Source: Candidatus Eremiobacteria bacterium (GTDB lineage Bacteria > Vulcanimicrobiota > Vulcanimicrobiia > Vulcanimicrobiales > Vulcanimicrobiaceae). Taken from it: a DNA stretch of 64,000 nucleotides. The translations under genes were made by a program, and so were the position numbers. Below, in pieces: positions 19,741 through 30,601 of this stretch. The notes below the pieces were generated by a model. It was not told the origin of the DNA and did not search any database. It was given only the letters and a program-made list of their open reading frames with translations. Position 1 is the stretch's first letter; each line of letters starts with the position of its first letter. The stretch spans positions 672,001 to 736,000 of the forward strand of contig CAVWUU010000001.1 in assembly GCA_963758295.1 (NCBI GenBank). Reading direction: 5' to 3'.

Positions 19741-21430
19741 TTACATCGACTCCGGCGCGGAAACGCCGATGAGGTCGAGCACTTCGGCAAGGACCGTCTT
19801 GGTGGCGATGCAGAGACTCAAGCGGCCGAGGCGCGTGTCTCGGTCGTCGGTGAGAATCTTACACGCCGTATAAAATTGATGGAACTCGGAAGCGACGTCG
19901 CGCGCGTACTTCGCCAAACGGTGCGGCGCCAGGTTCTCTGCGACGCCGCTGACCACGCGCGGAAGTTCCGCGAGCCGCGCCGCGAGCGCCATTTCCGCGG
20001 GATGCTGCAGCGCGCTTAACGCGTCGCCCGCCTCTGCCGCCGCAATGTCGGATTCGCCGGCGTTTTTCAGCACCGATGCGATGCGTGCATGGCCGTATTG
20101 CACGTAATACACGGGATTCTCATTACTTTGTTCGACTGCGAGTTTCAAGTCGAACGTGAGCGGCGACTCGGCAGCGAGCATGATGAAGAAGAAACGGGCT
20201 GCGTCAACGCCGGCTTCGTCTAGAATGTCGTCCAGCGTAATGATGTTACCCGCGCGCTTGCTCATGCTCACCTGCTCGTTTCCGCGCATGAGCGTAATCT
20301 GTTGCGCGATCAGCACGTCGAGCAGCATCGGGATGGCCCATGGCCGCGGCTACGGCTTTAAGCCGTTCGATATAGCCGTGGTGGTCGGGCCCGAGAATGT
20401 CAATGACGCGCTCGGCGCGCTGGAATTTTTCGTAGTGGTAAGCGACGTCGGGAGCAAGATACGTCGGCCGGCCGTCGGAGCGCACGAGCACGCGGTCTTT
20501 GTCGTCGCCAAACGACGTCGTACGGAAATAGAGTGCGCCGTCCCGTTCGTACGTGAGGCCCATTTCGCCAAGTTTCGCGAGGTCTTCCATAACGCGGCCG
20601 CTTTCGTGTAACTCGCGTTCGCTTTGCCAAAGATCGAAATGTACGCCGAAACGCTCCGCTGTCGCCTGCTGTTCGGCAACGAGCGTGTCCCGGCCGAACT
20701 TTGCAAAGGCGGCGAGCCATTCCGATTCCGGGCGTCCCATCCACTTGTCGCCGTCGCGTTCGGCAAGCTGCGTCGCGATCGGAAGCAGATACTCGCCGGG
20801 ATAGCCTTCCTCCGGGAAGGGAAACGACGCGTCAAAGTGCTGCGCGTACCGCGCGTAAAGAGAACGGCCAAGCGTGTCCATCTGGCTGCCGTGATCGTTG
20901 ATGATCCACTCAGTGAACACGTCGTAGCCGCAATAGCGCAGCGCACGTGCCAGCGTGTCGCCGATAGACATCGTGCGCCCTTGCACGACAACGAGCGGCC
21001 CCGTGGGATTCGCGCTCCCAAACTCCAGCGAAATGCGCGTGCCGTTTGCGCCGAACCGGCCGAACTTACGGCCGTCACGCAGAATCGCCGCAAGCAACGT
21101 CTGCCAGACGAACGGAGCGCAGCGCAAATTGATGAACCCGGCAACCGGATCGATGCTCGAGAAAAGCGACGCAACGTTCGGCGCTTTGTCGCGTACGTCG
21201 GCCACAAGCGTCGTCGCAATATCGTTCGGGGAACGTTTTGCGACTTTCGCAAGCGTGAACGCAACGTTGGTTGCGAAATCGCCGAATTCCGGGCGCCGCG
21301 GCGCTTCGAAATTGACGTCCGCGGCCGGCGCGTCCGGATAGCGCGCCGCTACGGCGTCGGCAATCGCTCCCGCAAATGCGGCGAGTGCGTCCTGAGGCAG
21401 CATGGCGGCGTTAGTGGTGGTAGGGCTCAT
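19741..21430 (-). CDS. argS: arginine--tRNA ligase (frameshift near 20330-20350)
   Basis: FGDFATN, SANPTGPL, GPDHHGY, MSKRAG, NPVYYVQYGHAR. Confidence 0.95.
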
Positions 21431-21873
21431 TGCGCGCGATCTTCGCCGCACGGTAGAGCTGTTCCAGCACGATCATCCGCGCCCACTCATGCAAAAACGT
21501 CAATGGCGACAGCGACCACAGAAAATCGGCGCGCGCTCGCAGCGATGTGTCGGCGCCGTACGTTCCGGCTACGACAAAGGTCATGCGCGAGACGCCATCG
21601 CGCGTGACCGCCATCAGCCGCTGGGAAAGCTGCTCGCTGCTTAACTCGGTGCCGGTGCGTTCTAGGAGCCACACGCGTTCGTCCGGTCGCAACAGCTTCA
21701 GGATACGTTCGGCTTCTTCGCGCTTTGCAAGTGCCGGATCGCTGCCGTCGCCGGCTCTCAACTCGAGTTCTTCGTACGGAAAGTAAGGCGACAGCCGCTT
21801 CCGGAATTCGCCGCACGCGTCTGCGACATACCGGCGTGCGCAGCTTGTCGATCGCGATGAGGCGCAATTGCAT
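21411..21873 (-). CDS. rlmH: 23S rRNA m3Psi1915 methyltransferase (frameshift near 21830)
   Basis: SLSPLTFLHEWARMIVLEQLYRA...EPYHH. Confidence 0.9.
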
Positions 21874-21891
21874 TGTCCTAAGATAACAGAG

Positions 21892-22761
21892 TCAGCTGTC
21901 CCGTGCGCGCGAACCGGTTCGCCGCGACGCTCTACCTCGCCGTCCAATTCGAGCATCGACGAGCGACGCGAGCAGCAGCGACGGCGGTGCTGCCAAGCGC
22001 TGCGCGAGCATATCCAAGTCGGCCTCGCCGTTTTCGAGTTCGCACAAGAGCCGTTCGTCCAGCTCGGCGCGCTCGGGGCGTACGCCGCTGGTCGACATCG
22101 CCGGGTCCAGAGCCAGCGCTTCCAAGACGTCGAGCCGCGTTACGAGCGAGGATCGCGCCGTCGCGAAGAAGTGCGTGGCACCCGGCGACGTGCGGGCGAT
22201 CGACGTCGCCTGGAACGGCAAAGACGGGAATGCGGCCCGCCGCCCAACCGGCCGTATTCAAAGCGCCGCTGCGCGCGGGCGCTTCGACCACGACGACGGC
22301 GTCCGAAAGGGCCGCAACTACGCCGTTGCGTTGCAAGAAATTGGTGCGGCTGTGCCGGCCGTTCCGGCGGAAATGGCGAAAGCACGGCGCCGCCGCTTGC
22401 GACCATCCGTTCGGCGAGTTCGCGATTTCGTGCCGGAAAAAATGCGTGCGTGGCCCCGCGCCGAGCACGCCGACCGTCGGAGCGCCGCCGTCGAGGGCGC
22501 CTTCATGCGCGCGCGCGTCGATGCCGAGCGCGAGACCGGAGACGATGCAGCAACCCGCGGCACCTAAGATCGCGCGCGATCGCGCGAGCGATGCGTCGCC
22601 CGTAGCCTGTTGCTGCGCGCGTCCCAACGATTGCGACGCATGGCTTGCGCAAACCCTCGAGCGCGCCGCGCACCCATAGACCGTCGCCGGCCAAGCGCGC
22701 AGTCGCGGCTTGCGCGAAGCGTCTGAAAGTCGGCGACCGGCGCGAAGCGGACGTCGTCCAT
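21892..22761 (-). CDS. dprA: DNA-processing protein DprA (several frameshifts)
   Basis: VAIVGTRAATGYG, IVSGLALGID, FLQRN, VVEAPARSGALNTA, VFAVPG spread over frames. Confidence 0.88.
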
Positions 22762-22858
22762 CCGGAGCGTTCACGCCACGGGTCCCGGACGCAAGGAGGA
22801 AACTCCTGGCGCGCCTGGCCAGGGGGAATTGGCTTCCCGTGAATGAAGTTGCCCCGCC

Positions 22859-22885
22859 GCAAACCCAACGCCGGGCCGGCCCGTA
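22859..22885 (+). promoter_or_regulatory. ECF-type promoter GCAAAC-N17-CGTA
   Basis: Same architecture as promoter at 9690-9716; 27 nt upstream of zinc-ribbon ORF. Confidence 0.4.
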
Positions 22886-22912
22886 CCAGCCCTAGCTCTG
22901 GAGGAACCTCAG

Positions 22913-23062
22913 GTGGCAGCAGAAGCCTATTGCGTCAAATGTAAGACCAAGCGTCAGATCAAAGACGCGGTTCAGATCACCATGAAGAACGGCCGTCCCG
23001 CGACCGAAGGCAAATGCCCCGAATGCGGCACGAAGATGTTCAAGATCGGAGCGGCGAGCTAG
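22913..23062 (+). CDS. 49-aa basic Cys4 zinc-ribbon protein (DUF5679-like; not in ORF track)
   Basis: MAAEAYCVKCKTKRQIKDAVQITMKNGRPATEGKCPECGTKMFKIGAAS; SD GGAGG; own terminator. Confidence 0.85.
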   Translation: MAAEAYCVKCKTKRQIKDAVQITMKNGRPATEGKCPECGTKMFKIGAAS

Positions 23063-23087
23063 CTCGACCCGTCTTCGAAAGCCGACG

Positions 23088-23115
23088 AAAAGGGCCGCCT
23101 GCGCGGCCCTTTTTG
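23088..23115 (+). terminator. intrinsic terminator
   Basis: AAAAGGGCCGC-CTGC-GCGGCCCTTTTT. Confidence 0.85.
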
Positions 23116-23137
23116 CGTTTCCTATGGGTAGTGGCCG

Positions 23138-23167
23138 TATAATACAGGCACCCACTAGATGTGGGGG
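23138..23167 (+). promoter_or_regulatory. -10 TATAAT followed by an NrdR-box-like site (ccaCTAGATGTGGggg)
   Basis: Resembles NrdR-box consensus acaCwAtATaTwGtg; directly upstream of nrdR. Confidence 0.55.
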
Positions 23168-23197
23168 CTACGCGCCATCTGAGGAATCGGTAACCAG

Positions 23198-23652
23198 CTG
23201 ATCTGTCCGACTTGCCGCAAGAGCGAGACGCGCGTCGTCGACTCTCGCGACGACGAGACCGTAGTCCGCCGCCGGCGCGAGTGTCTCGATCCGCGCTGCA
23301 AGCATCGTTTCACGACCTACGAGCGAATGGAAGCCCCGCGCCTCTTCGTCGTGAAGAAAGACGGCCGGCGCGAGCAGTACAGTCGCGACAAAATTCTCAG
23401 CGGCTTGCGCACGCGCGTGCGAAAAGCGCCCGATCTCGCGAGAGCCAGATGGAAGCGGTCGCCGCCGATCTCGAACGCGAACTATTCGCGCGCGGCGAGA
23501 GCGAAGTCAGTTCCACGATGGTCGGCGAGAAGCTGATGGAAGCGCTGAAGAACCTCGATCCCGTCGCGTACATCCGGTTTGCGAGCGTCTACCGTTCGTT
23601 CCGAGACATCGAAAGTTTCAGGGAAGAGTTAGCGCAGCTGCTTGCCAAATGA
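23198..23652 (+). CDS. nrdR: transcriptional repressor NrdR (apparent CTG start; frameshifts near 23410-23440)
   Basis: [39 protein letters not shown]. Confidence 0.92.
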
Positions 23653-23661
23653 CGCGCAGCG

Positions 23662-24122
23662 ATGACGAGTTCCGTGCGGGTCGCGCTCAAGCGCCTGCCC
23701 GAGGGTCAAGGTTTGCCGCTTCCCGCGTATATGTCGGAGCACGCTGCCGGCGCTGACCTTTGCGCCGCCGTCGCCGCCGATCTACGCTCGCGCCCGGCGC
23801 GCGCGCGCTCGTTCCGACCGGTTTTGCCATCGCGCTGCCGCCTGGCTTCGAGGCGCAGATTCGTCCGCGCAGCGGGCTCGCGCTGCGAAGCGGCGTGACG
23901 TGTTTGAACTACACCGGGAACAATCGACGCGGATTACCGCGGACCCGTTCAGGTGATCCTCGCGAATCTGGGCACTGAACCGGTCGTGATCCGGCGCGGC
24001 GATCGCATCGCGCAAATGGTCGTTGCTCCGGTCAGCACGCGCGCAGTTTGACGTCGTCGAAGAACTTGCCCGTTACCGAGCGCGGTGCCGGCGGATTCGG
24101 AAGCACGGGAGTTTCTTCGTGA
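23662..24122 (+). CDS. dut: dUTP diphosphatase (several frameshifts)
   Basis: [39 protein letters not shown]. Confidence 0.9.
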
Positions 24123-25108
24123 ACGTCTACATCGTGGGACGAGGAGCGGTCGGAACGTATCTGGGCGAGCGTACTGCAGTCGATCGGCGTCGAAGTCGCG
24201 TACGCGCCGCGCGAACTCGAGGCGGTGACGCCGTACGATGCCGACGTGGCGATCGTGGCGACGAAAGCGTACGACACGGAGGGCGCGATCGAAACGCTGC
24301 GCCGGGCCGTCTTGCATCCGGAGAAGTGCGTTTTCGTTACGCCGCAAAACGGCGTCGGCAATGAAGAGATGCTCGCCGCGGCATTCGGCGCCAACAACGT
24401 CGTTGCGGCCGCGCTCACCGTTCCGGTGGATCGCGATCCGAGTGGAAACGCCAATGCCGCGCGTGAAGGCGGCCTAGCGTTTGCGCCCGTGGGCGACTCG
24501 GCGTTCAATTGGCTCGTTGCCACCTTCGCCAGCAGCGGCATGAACGTGAAGGTCGTCGACGACTGGCGGGCGTTGAAGTGGAGCAAGCTCGCACTCAACG
24601 TCGTGGCCAATGCGAGCTGCGCCATTTTGAACGTGCTGCCGAACCGGCTCGTGCACTTCGAAAAGATTTTTACGCTCGAGATCCGGATGATTCGCGAAGT
24701 CAAGGCCGTGATGCAGGCGATGGCGATCGTCACCGATCGATCTCCCGCGCTACCCGGTGAAGGCGCTCTTCGGCGTGGCAAGTCTTCCGAGCCCGATCGC
24801 GCGGCGCGTCATGGCGACGTCGCGTGGCAGGCGGTCGCGGCACGAAACCGCCGTCGCTGCTTTTGGATTTACGCTCAGGGAAAGCCGCAAACCGAAGTCG
24901 ATGTGCTCAACGGCGCGGTCGCGCGCGCCGGGACGCGAATGCAACGTCCCGACGCCGGTCAACGCGGTGTACGCGCGGGTGTTGACGACATCGCGAACAT
25001 GCCGCAGCTATGGGCGAAGTACCGCGAACGTCCCGAAGCGCTGGTAGCCGAGGTCGAAGCCGAGATGCGGCGCATCAAAGCCTTGAGGAGCGGAGCTGAG
25101 GGTTCATG
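24119..25108 (+). CDS. panE: ketopantoate reductase family protein (frameshifted; 3' end approximate)
   Basis: GRGAVG Rossmann motif, ATKAYD, QNGVG, WSKLALN, TEVDVLNGAV. Confidence 0.75.
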
Positions 25109-25956
25109 CGCGACCCTAACGTTCCGGAGTCCATCGAAGGCTGGTGGATTCTCCACCGTATGTTCGGTTTCGACCGGCGCGCGTGGGATGCGCTCACGGA
25201 GAAGCGGCGGATCAAATATTCCGGACATGCGCGCGATCTTTTCGAACATCTGAAGTCGGGCGCCGACGGCGACGCGGGTCTCGCGCAACTCGTAGGGCAC
25301 AAGGGCGATCTCATGATCACGCACTACGCGCGCGAATACGAAGGGCTGGCTTACGCGCAAACGCTCGTCGATAAACTCGAGCTGCGCGAGTTCTTGAAGC
25401 CGCTCGGTTCCTACGTTTCCGTGCTGGAAGTCGGGACTGTACGACGCCACCGGGAAGATTCACACCGAGCTTGCCCAGCTTGGACTAACGCCGAATTCTG
25501 CGGATTGGGCTAATGCGTTCGACGAACGTATTCGTCAAGCAGGCGCAAAGTCCAGTACATCGCGCCGCGATTGTTTGCGAAGATTCCGCCGCGCCGGTTC
25601 GCGTGCTTCTACCCGATGAACAAACGCCGCGAAGGGGAGCGACAACTGGTTCTCGCTTCCGTTCGAAGATCGCGCGAAGCTCATGACGGAGCATGGCAAA
25701 GTTGGCCGTTCCTATCATGGTCAAGTGACGCAGGTAATTTCGGGATCGATTGGGTTCGACGACTACGAGTGGGGCGTCGACCTTTATGCCGACGATCCGC
25801 TGGTGTTCAAGAAGCTTGTATACGAAATGCGTTTCGACGAAGCAAGTGCGCGCTACGGCGAGTTCGGTCGAATTTTGGAGCGGCATTCAGTTTTCTCCCG
25901 ACGAGCTTCGCGTCTTCTTGGACGGTGATGCGATCCCGCAGCTTCAAGTCAAATAG
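25106..25956 (+). CDS. chdC: coproheme decarboxylase / chlorite dismutase family (several frameshifts)
   Basis: [51 protein letters not shown]. Confidence 0.88.
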
Positions 25957-26677
25957 CGAGCAACCGCTTTAATTCGAGCGCGTCATGCGGCGCTGCCGCG
26001 TCGACGTCGTTGTTGAAGTACACGTAAACATCTGCAGCTGAGGCTTGCATCCGTTCGATTTCGCGAATCCAATGCTGAAGCGAGCGTCGCGGATACGATC
26101 CGACGTAAAGACCCGTGTAGCCATGGAGACGCAGATACCCGGCTTGGGGACTCGTTACCCATTTCGGCACGCGCAGCTTAGGATAGTCATGGATCGCGAA
26201 GGCGACGTTGCGCTCGCGTAAAATCGCCTCTACCGCGGGATCGAACCACGTCGCGTTGCGAAACTCCACCACGTACCGGTATTCCGGCGGCAGTTTATCG
26301 AGAAACGCTTGCAGGCGCGTATCGTCCCGTTCCAAGTAGGGCGGAAATTGCACGAGAATTTGCGCTAACTTCAGTGAATCGAAGCAGGCGGTGCGGGCGA
26401 AATAGTTTTCGATGAATTCATCGAGGCGCGGCGGCATATCGCGACGGTGCGTGATGAGGCGGCTCAATTTCACGGTGTATCGAAATTGCGGCGGCACGGT
26501 CTCGCACCAGACCTGCACTTGTTCCGGCTTAGGAAGCCGGTAGGTCGTGGCGTTCAATTCGACCGTATCGAAGTGCCCGGTGTAGAACTGAAGCCATTTA
26601 CGTTGAGCCACGCCCTCGGGATAGAAGCGGCCGCGCCATCCGCCGTACACCCAACCGCTCGTTCCCACGTAAATCAT
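25949..26677 (-). CDS. DUF72 family protein
   Basis: YVGTSGW, VELNATTY, VQFPP, YLRLHG, YFNND. Confidence 0.9.
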   Translation of the reverse strand: MIYVGTSGWVYGGWRGRFYPEGVAQRKWLQFYTGHFDTVELNATTYRLPKPEQVQVWCETVPPQFRYTVKLSRLITHRRDMPPRLDEFIENYFARTACFDSLKLAQILVQFPPYLERDDTRLQAFLDKLPPEYRYVVEFRNATWFDPAVEAILRERNVAFAIHDYPKLRVPKWVTSPQAGYLRLHGYTGLYVGSYPRRSLQHWIREIERMQASAADVYVYFNNDVDAAAPHDALELKRLLAI

Positions 26678-26734
26678 CTCGTGTGCCTCGTACCCGCCCG
26701 GGACTCGAATTCGCCCGACTCGAACCTCGCGTGC

Positions 26735-27541
26735 ATGGCCGAGAAGCTCCATTACGGTGAAATGACGTGGCCGGAAGTGCGGGAGGCGGCCGCACGTGAG
26801 TGCGTTGCCGTTGTGCCGATCGCGACGATTGAAGATCACGGCCCGCACCTGCCCATCGACACGGATTTGCGCCTGTGCACCGCCGTTTGTGAAACGGCCG
26901 TATCGCGCGCCGCCGGTCGCGCCGTACTCGTGCCGCCCATAAATCATGGCTACAGTCCGCATCACATGGACTTCCCCGGCGCCATCACGATCGGAGCGCA
27001 CACCCTCATCGATTACGGTGTCGACGTCTGCCGAAGCCTTGCGCATCACGGATTCCGCAGAATCCTAATCGTCAACGGTCACGGCAGTAACTCTCCGTTC
27101 ATCGATATCATCGCTCGTCTCACCGTCGTGGAAACAAGCGTTCTAGCGGCGGCGGTGAATTATTGGGCTGCGCCAGGCGTTCGCGCCGTTGCCGAAGACC
27201 TTCGGGAGTCGGATAAAGTGGGCGGCATGAACCATGCCTGCGAATTCGAGACTTCGCTGTATCTTGCGTTGCGCCCCGACCTCGTGGATATGTCAAAAGC
27301 CGAACGCGAGTTATCGCATCGCCCGACAAAGAATTATTGGACCGATTTGATTGCGGGCGACGGTCCGCTGGTCATGATGGAACATTGGTCTTCGCTTACG
27401 GAAACCGGCGTCATGGGCGATCCGGCGAAAGCAACGGCGGAAAAGGGCCGGAAGCTTCTCGATGCATGCGCAAACGGCATCGTCGAACTTATCGACGAGA
27501 TGCGTGCCCGGCCGCCGGCGCAACGCCGCGACCATCACTGA
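26735..27541 (+). CDS. creatininase family protein
   Basis: EDHGPHLPIDTD, HHMDFPG, NGHGSN, HACEFETS. Confidence 0.9.
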   Translation: MAEKLHYGEMTWPEVREAAARECVAVVPIATIEDHGPHLPIDTDLRLCTAVCETAVSRAAGRAVLVPPINHGYSPHHMDFPGAITIGAHTLIDYGVDVCRSLAHHGFRRILIVNGHGSNSPFIDIIARLTVVETSVLAAAVNYWAAPGVRAVAEDLRESDKVGGMNHACEFETSLYLALRPDLVDMSKAERELSHRPTKNYWTDLIAGDGPLVMMEHWSSLTETGVMGDPAKATAEKGRKLLDACANGIVELIDEMRARPPAQRRDHH

Positions 27542-28963
27542 ACCGCATTTCTGCGCTCCTTGCGATGCGCTCGGCCATGTTCGAAAACACGTATTCGTGG
27601 AAAATTGCAATCGTATACCAGTAAAGCAGCCCGAATAAGCCCCGAGGCTCGTAGAAGGCGGTTTGTCTAAGCAGCGATCCGCTTGCGTCGGGTTCGGCTT
27701 CGAACTGAAGCCACGCGTACCCGGGCAGCTTCATTTCGGCGCGTAGGCGCAACAGGCGGCCGGGTTCGTACGCATCCACACGCCAGAAGTCTATGGCATC
27801 GCCGAGGCGCACGTCGCTTTGCGAACGGCGGCCGCGGCGGAGTCCCGCCCCGCCGGTGATGCGGTCGACGAATCCCCGAAGTTTCCATAGCGCTTTCGCT
27901 GCGAACCATCCTTGCGTGCCTCCGATAGCCGTAAACGTTCTTGCGAGCATTTCCGGCGGAGCGTCACAATGCCGCGTGCGACGGTCTATGAGCATGCCTT
28001 CGGCAACGCCGGAGAAATCACGAGGAAGCGCGCGCAAGTCATACGCGTCGAACCATGTCGTTTCGGGGCCGATGGTGGCATAGCGGTTCAGCGCGCGCAA
28101 AACCGCCATTCCATACGTGTCCGGGGCAACGTCAAAATCGCGACCCGCCTTAGCCGTTCGAGCGACGACTTCGTTGCGCAAACCTAGAATTAACGGCTGC
28201 GCAATCCGCGCCGGAATCGGTGTGACGAGATGAATCCAGTACGACGAAAGCCGGGCGTGAAGAACGGCACGATCACGATCGTGCGTTTCAAGCCGCGGGC
28301 TTCGGCATAACGGAGCAGCATCTCGCGATAGGTTAGAATCTCGGCGCCGCCGATTTCGTAAATTTGTCCCGCAGTAGCGGGGCGATCGAGCGTCTGTAGC
28401 AAGTACGCGAGCACGTTGCGAATCGAAATCGGCTGGCAGCGAGTGCGGACCCACCGCGGCGTAATCATCACCGGGAGGCGCTCCGTAAGATAGCGCACCA
28501 TCTCAAAGCTAACCGAGCCGCTTCCGATGATCTGCGCGGCGCGAAACTCGGTGACCGGAATACCGGTCGAGCGGAGCCGCTCGCCAACCTCATGGCGGCT
28601 GCGCAAATGTTCCGAAAGCTCGTGCTTCTCGTTGCCAAGGCCGCCCAAATAGACGATCCGCTTTACACCGGCGCGCGCCGCCGCTTCGGCGAAATTCCGG
28701 GCGGCGGTGCGGTCCGCGTCGCGATAGCTGCGCATTGCCATCATGCTGTGCACGAGATAGTAAGCGCAATCAATATCTTTCAGCGCTTCATCTAAGCCCC
28801 GGTTCTCGAGCACGTCGCCGTCCGCAATTTCGATATCGCCGAACCGCCCGGACAAACGCGCCGGGTGCCGCGCCAGCGCGCGCACCGCGTGGCCGCGCTG
28901 CAACAGCAGCGGGACAAGCCTGCCGCCGATGTAGCCCGTAGCACCCGTAACGAGAATGCGCAT
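27489..28963 (-). CDS. SDR-family oxidoreductase with C-terminal DUF2867 (frameshift near 28255)
   Basis: VTGATGYIGG, YYLVHSM, LRLRAEMKLPG, PRGLFGLLYW. Confidence 0.85.
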
Positions 28964-29037
28964 TACGTGGAGCTATACCCTCAGAGACCAGCAAGGCCGC
29001 TCAAAGCCGATTACGCCTGGAACGCGCTTGGGCGTAA

Positions 29038-29466
29038 TTAGGACTTCGCGCTTGGGCAAAGCGATCGAAGCGCTGCTTCAGCAGCTTTATTCGGCGGCGC
29101 GCCAAGCGGTCTTACGTAGCCGGCGACGATATGAACGCCGTTTCCGATCGTGTCGATGCTCTCAATGAAATATGGTTGCGGTCCTTTTTTCGACGCACCT
29201 TCGTTGAAGATGGCACGATGATTGCCGCAGATCTGGATCGGCCTCCATTGACGGCTGTTGGACGCCGCGGAAATCTGTGGGAATGGCACCCGCGCCACAA
29301 AAATATACTGGCGGTTGTCGGGGCTGTGAAACGCTTGCGACCCAAATGGGCTTGTTTTGGTCCACCATCCGGGAGGCACTTTGAAATCGAAGCCCTCCGT
29401 CGCCGGTTTGAACGAACAACCCACAAGTAACGCAATCGAGAGAAATGCTACCCGCTTTACGTGCAC
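29038..29466 (-). CDS. hypothetical lipoprotein
   Basis: Lipobox LVGC after a hydrophobic stretch. Confidence 0.6.
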   Translation of the reverse strand: MHVKRVAFLSIALLVGCSFKPATEGFDFKVPPGWWTKTSPFGSQAFHSPDNRQYIFVARVPFPQISAASNSRQWRPIQICGNHRAIFNEGASKKGPQPYFIESIDTIGNGVHIVAGYVRPLGAPPNKAAEAALRSLCPSAKS

Positions 29467-29579
29467 GAGGTCATGTTCAACAGCGCCTGTATCTCCATCT
29501 TTCTAAATAGTTGCTGTATGGCGTCGAGTGCATGCGGTATTGGGCGCCCGTTCAGCAGGCGCTCTTAAAACACTGAACG

Positions 29580-29860
29580 TTCAAGCATCGCCTACAGCGC
29601 TACGGTCCGAGTCGAGAATGCCTGTCCGCAAGCGCGGCATGTCCTGTTCTGGACTTTTTCGGACTGCAACATCGAGCTCGACGTCCATTATCCGCGCCGG
29701 CTCGAAGTGACCTTAAACATCCGGAACGCAAACGTAACGGTCGAAGGTTCCGCCGGCAGCGTATCGGTGTGGAGGAAAGTTCGTCAACGGCGCCGGCGGT
29801 GCCGTAAAAACGGCAGCGCGACGCGGGCTTCTGCGTGGCATGGTACGTCGGTTGCGATGA
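29580..29860 (+). pseudogene. fragment resembling a DUF4097-type beta-repeat protein
   Basis: Frame reads ...CNIELDVHYPRRLEVTLNIRNANVTVEGSAGSVSV with no start or clean end. Confidence 0.25.
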
Positions 29861-29927
29861 GCCCAATGCCGGAAACGTCGCGCCACCACGACGTTCGGCA
29901 ACGTGATAATTGCCCGCGAATAGAACC

Positions 29928-30314
29928 TTATTTGGGAAACCCGCAAACCGGTTCTTCGTTATCGCCTTGCTTCGGGAACAATTCGTCGATTACGGTGTCG
30001 GGCGGATCGCCGTCTTCCCAGTGAATTTCGTGAATCTCGATAATGTCGCGGATACGGCTTAAGACGGCAAGTTCGAGGATCGCTTTTAGCTTTAACAGAC
30101 TTGCAGAACTCTTGGGTGGAAATTGCGCGGCGCGAAAGCGAAGCCAGAGCGTTTTTCCGTCGTCGTCCAGTCTGAGCGGCTCGCATAACGGCGCCAGCTC
30201 TCCAATTATCAAGCCCCACTGAATTTTCAAGCGCGTTAATAACGGCGACGGATCCTGTTCTCGAAAATCCCGGCGAGAAGCCCACTGCGAAAGCAGCACA
30301 GGTTCGCGGTTCAT
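29928..30314 (-). CDS. hypothetical protein weakly resembling DciA/DUF721
   Basis: WGLIIGELAPLCEPLRLDDDGKTLWL resembles the W..IVG..A....P..L..G.L pattern; SD-like AAGGGG upstream. Confidence 0.45.
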   Translation of the reverse strand: MNREPVLLSQWASRRDFREQDPSPLLTRLKIQWGLIIGELAPLCEPLRLDDDGKTLWLRFRAAQFPPKSSASLLKLKAILELAVLSRIRDIIEIHEIHWEDGDPPDTVIDELFPKQGDNEEPVCGFPK

Positions 30315-30601
30315 GATCACCCCTTAAGGGAAGGGTGCGCTCCGCGACCCATCCTAGCGCTGGCGGGCACAATCCTTCTGCTAGAACGGTGCGTAGGGCT
30401 TATTTGAGGCAGTAGCGGTGAGGCTGCGGGACCTCGGAATCTTTTCGGGCTCGGTTGCATCTCGCCGCTGACTTCAATGAGGTCCGCCCTGCGGTGCACC
30501 GGTTAACATCGAATAACACGACAGGTGCCGTCACTTTTGCTTTGCATAGTCGTTTATGCGCATGTGACGGTTAAGCGGGTCGCATCCCAAGAAAGGGAGA
30601 T

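Noticed and set aside
26690..26726. GACTCGAA direct repeat resembling the reverse complement of a tRNA T-loop or att site
   Set aside because: No cloverleaf, anticodon arm or CCA; only a 57-bp divergent intergenic gap; no integrase nearby
30501..30576. Nested inverted repeat ending in GTTAAGC, attC-like
   Set aside because: Arms are out of register with the AAC/GTT boxes; single copy; no integron integrase
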